In this document: in pieces, positions 59,871 through 64,000 of the stretch
Position numbering within the stretch: the first letter of the stretch is position 1
Layout of the letters: every line of letters starts with the position of its first letter
NCBI RefSeq assembly: GCF_006345805.1
Contig: NC_043000.1
Location: 53,506,001 to 53,570,000 of the forward strand
DNA from: Octopus sinensis
Taxonomy: Eukaryota
Direction: 5' to 3'
DNA: 64,000 nucleotides
The notes under the pieces: model-generated
Databases searched by the model: none
Told to the model about the DNA's origin: nothing
What the model saw: only the letters and a program-made list of their open reading frames with translations
Program-made: the position numbers and the translations under genes

Positions 59871-62380
59871 CTAACCTCGAAACCTCTAAGCAAAGATGAT
59901 TTCGTTAACTAATTGCAATGTAAAATAACACAGAAAATGAAAGAGATGCATGAGAAAGAAACACACACACACACACACACACATGCACACATGCACAGTC
60001 ATGCATACACATGCACACAGCACAGACAAATACAGAGGGGGAGATAGAAAAACAAGGAAATAGAGAGAGACAGACAGACAGAGAACAAGAGAGGCCAAAA
60101 GAAAGTTTACAAATCAGTAAAAGAGAAGGTTCTAGTAAATTAATGGTGTGTGAGAGAGAGAGAGAGAGAGAGGAGGGAAGATAGGAGAGAGTGGGAGGGA
60201 GAGACGGTCAGCCAGTTAGCCACACAGTTAGATAGACGAAGAGAGACAGCGAGACAGAGAAAGAGTGAAAGAGAGTGAGGGAGAAAGGGAGAGAGAGAAC
60301 GGAAATTGTATTAGCCGAAATGGAATCTGAAATTTTACTTTATTACAAATATCTGAAAGTTGCTTTGCTCGTAAAAGTGTCACTTGGATGAAAATCGGTG
60401 TAATTCAAGACACTTGATATAGGAGGTGGCGGTGTGTGTGTTTGTTGCAGGGGAGGTGGTGAAGGAAAAATTATTCTTCAGTCAAGTGTGTAAAAGGAAA
60501 GGTTAAGTAATACCAGTATATCTAAGAACACTTGTGTAATGAAGTATGAAAGATAAAAGTTCACTGAAGAGGAGGGGAAAAATCTCCGTCACAGTTCTTA
60601 TGCACAGATCTCCTACGATACTCTATGATTTTAATCAAAATTTACTCTGATAAATCAGGGAAATCTTTATTAGATAAATCACCATTTGATATAGCATGAA
60701 CAGAAGTGATAATTGAAAAATTATACAGACACACATGTGTGTATTATACAAGTTTATTTAGGCTTATATCAACACACACATGCACACACACACACACAAG
60801 CATACACGCACGCACACATGTGTTCAAGGGGTCAAATACTTTCATTCTCTTATTCTACTTGTTTTGTTCACTCGAATACAGTCATGTGGCGGTAATATTT
60901 CCTTTCCTTTGACTGATACCAGTCATTAGGTTGAGGCCATGCTAGGGCATCATCTTCAAAGGTTTTTAGTCCGTTTTATTGTTTTGACCCTTATACTTTG
61001 TCTGGTATTCTATTCCATCATTCTCAAAGGACTGGAAATTAACAAATGAAAATTGGCGTAAAGGGAGATAATTCATTGGTCTGTAATAATGCAGGGCACC
61101 ATAGTCCAAATGTCGAGGTTCTAAACCCCATCCTTTTAGAAGTACACAAACACACACACATACACACAAGCAAACACACAAACACACACACACATGTACA
61201 TGCATATATACACACATGTATACACAATGTATGAGAATGTGTGTGTGTGTGTCTGCATGCATGAGGGAACAAGTGGGGTTACAGTAAAGAGGCTGTGGTT
61301 TAATGCTAAAAGTTGAGTGGTTAGAATATAAAAGAAAGGACCAGAATGGAACCAGTTATGAATTTTATGCTATGTCGCCCACCGACAACTTCATTGTAAA
61401 GAGATAGAATATGAGTGTTTACAGTGGCTTTATGGTAGTTTTGACTGCTATTTCTAGACATGTAAGGGTTTTTAGCAACCTTCTCCGTTATAAGTGTGAC
61501 ACCCACACAAATACATATTTCCTTGACTTTTCCTCTCTTCACAGAATTCACACGTCTTTCAGTCTTTATATAAATTTAACCTAAAACCTTGCTACTTAGT
61601 TAAAAAAAAAACATTTTCACACTCCTAAATACTTTTCTAGTAAATTTGCACACACATCAATTAGACTTTCCACACTAATTTTACCATCCCATCTGCCTCA
61701 CCAGTACTTTTTCCCCATACACTGACACCTACTCTTCGCTGTTCACACATGATTTCACACCACCCAACCAATGATTATGCATACACATACACAATAATAT
61801 TGCACTCATCCACTAATTGATGCTACTATACTTCCATACTTGTATGTCTCTATACACATACATAGCACCAAACTTACACATATACACCACTCCCCTGACT
61901 GTCCCCTTTCTTCGCTTCTTAACTAACCCCACTGAACAAAATTCCCACCCGGTTTCTAACTTTGCATCTACTTATTTTTTTAGCTTCTTCTTCTTCCTAA
62001 TCACTAACTATTTCTCTTTCTCACTCCTTCTATATCCTTTTCATCTCATAAGAGACTAATTCTGAAATGTTAAGACACTTTCTGTTTCTATTAAACCATT
62101 AAACTAATACCTTGTTTCTAAAGATTTGTTCCTCCTGTGTGACACTTCATTGTACTTATACTCTATATAAATGTATGTGTGTCTCTGTACTTATATATAT
62201 ATATATGTTTTTCGGTGAGTTAAATAAGAGTTTTGACGGTTATTTCCAGCAGGTAGACATACTTAGCATGTCGTCTGATTAATTTTAATCCTTCATCTAT
62301 TTAATGATTTTTTGGGCCGGCAATCACCTATATTATTGATTCTGTTATTATCATTTTTTAATGATAACCGGTGATTGCTC

Positions 62381-62421
62381 TACGCCGAAGACAGGCAAAT
62401 ACCTAGAAACTGCAGTCCGTG
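62381..62421 (+). ncRNA. Degenerate minimal hammerhead motif
   Basis: UACG-CCGAAGA-C-AGG-CAAAUA-CCU-A-GAAA-C-UGCA-G-UC-CGUG; U4 changed to C. Confidence 0.4.
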
Positions 62422-62599
62422 CGTATCACTGAGGTTTACGAGAGAGGGATGACCTCCCTTTACAAATACCATAAGGGCACAGAAAGTGTGCCTAAAGCCA
62501 GCTGGAGACGATGATCTCCTGGGGCTAAAAGCTTCAGTAACACCCACCCTTAGTGGTTAGCCATATTGAGAGGGCTAGTATACTTTACATTTATTAATT

Positions 62600-62960
62600 G
62601 TTACACTAGATAATAACAGAGTCAATAATATCTTCGCAAATATTTTCCTCCTGAATTATTTGCTCCGTATTGAAATTATTTTCACACTGGTGGCTGTCAT
62701 GATTCAGCACAAAATGAGTCAGTTGCAGTACAGACTTCAATGTGATGGGTTGGGGCTTTCTATCATAGTAACCTGTGCTGAGGAAGGTGAAGCTATAATG
62801 CCAGTCTAGAAACTGGTCCATGCAAGTCCAAACAATTGAATGTCTCAGCTTGTTTGTCTGCAGATGGTTGATTTCTGTAGTTATTATCAGTGTTATTTTC
62901 GGTGATTCAAATAAGAGTTTTGTCTGTTTTTCTGGGAGGTAGACACACCCATTATGTCCT
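62600..62960 (-). pseudogene. Possible Penelope-like RT remnant
   Basis: MDQFLD...DRKPQPITLKSVLQLTHFVLNHD loosely resembles PLE RT (MDxxSLY; L-A-E-L-V-L); weak. Confidence 0.3.
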
Positions 62961-63399
62961 TTGATTAATTTTAAAATATATAATTGAATAAGATAGAGTC
63001 AACAAGAAGGAGTGTGGCTGGACAGTTATTTTTAATCACTACACATGTTTCCATACAACATAGTTCTTCATATACAAGAATTTGATTATGCAAAGGTTTA
63101 TCTGTATAATGGCATCCCATTGTATTTCCTCAGGTGATATTCAATTGCTGTCCCCATTAGTTACAAAACCTTCAAATTCAACACTAACATGGCATATAAA
63201 CCTTATATATATATATATCTTCTTGGTTATTTTTGTAAACTATATTCTTATATACCTCATGTTATCCTTGATGCCAAACTTTAATTTCTTCCCTTACTCT
63301 CTCTACCTCTCTTTCAATTCATTTATTTTTCTTTCTTTTTACCATTTAATAGCCACCTCCGTTACCATTCTGTTATTGAATGTTGATACATTCACAGTT

Positions 63400-63900
63400 A
63401 TTTCTGGATATTTAAACTATTAGACTTTAACCCACATGGATTTACACAGGATTGCACCCAAGGACCAGGATCTCAAATCCACAATTCTTTAGTTTAGAGG
63501 TAAAAATCTCCTTGCATCCATATTCAACCTTATCCATTTTATTGAACCTCTGCTCATGTAGAAAATGAACTGTGATTCAGAAAACGTGGTAATCTGATGA
63601 TGCAAGGTTTGCACTGTAGGAGGGTGAGACTGCCCTTGCAATCCCCCAAGTTCCTTGAGTTTGCACTCAGTCACATTGGCAATGTATGCTGCAGTAATGT
63701 CCTTCTGTAGGAATATGCATCTTAGATTCACCAATACCAAGTACCAGCCTTTCAAAGCATCATATGCTCATTGCTGTTGTTGAGCATAAAGGCTAGCATT
63801 CGCAGCATCACCATCTGGGACAATGTCAAAATGCAACATACCCTCAAAATTCCATCACACAGAACATGACCTACTGATCAAACAACCCTTGCTTGGAAAC
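63400..63900 (-). mobile_element. Mariner transposase C-terminal remnant
   Basis: Minus frame AVSPSYSANLASSDYHVF matches YSPDLAPSDYHLF; VMFCVMEF matches the VMLCVWW region. Confidence 0.75.
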
Positions 63901-64000
63901 AGGTCCCGAAGCTTGACTGGAATGAAATCATTCTAATTACTTCTTATTAGAATTATGTATATAGATCCATTTTTCATCCCTAGCTACAATTCAATTCCAA

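Overview
AT-rich, repeat-saturated eukaryotic DNA. From recall, its repeat families look like those of a coleoid cephalopod, probably Octopus (inference, not a database result). No intact protein-coding gene is recognisable; nearly all supplied ORFs are translated microsatellites, SINEs or decayed transposon pieces. The window holds many tRNA-headed SINE copies (three families), RTE-clade LINE fragments, several decayed Tc1/mariner elements (two full length with TIRs and TA target sites), MITEs, Penelope-like remnants including a GIY-YIG endonuclease, and a near-identical 1.86 kb tandem duplication. Two things stand out. (1) A 2.7 kb GC/CpG-rich island (8837-11578) made of rearranged 28S rRNA domain IV fragments lacking the R2/I-PpoI target segment, followed by a nested higher-order repeat array organised like an rDNA intergenic spacer. 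(2) Several minimal type I hammerhead ribozyme motifs with palindromic helix III (6994-7121, 39083-39128, 39450-39495, 44309-44377, 62381-62421), one family fused behind a tRNA-derived head in a head-to-head inverted pair, suggesting Penelope-mobilised non-autonomous elements. Coordinates were read by eye; repeat boundaries are approximate.
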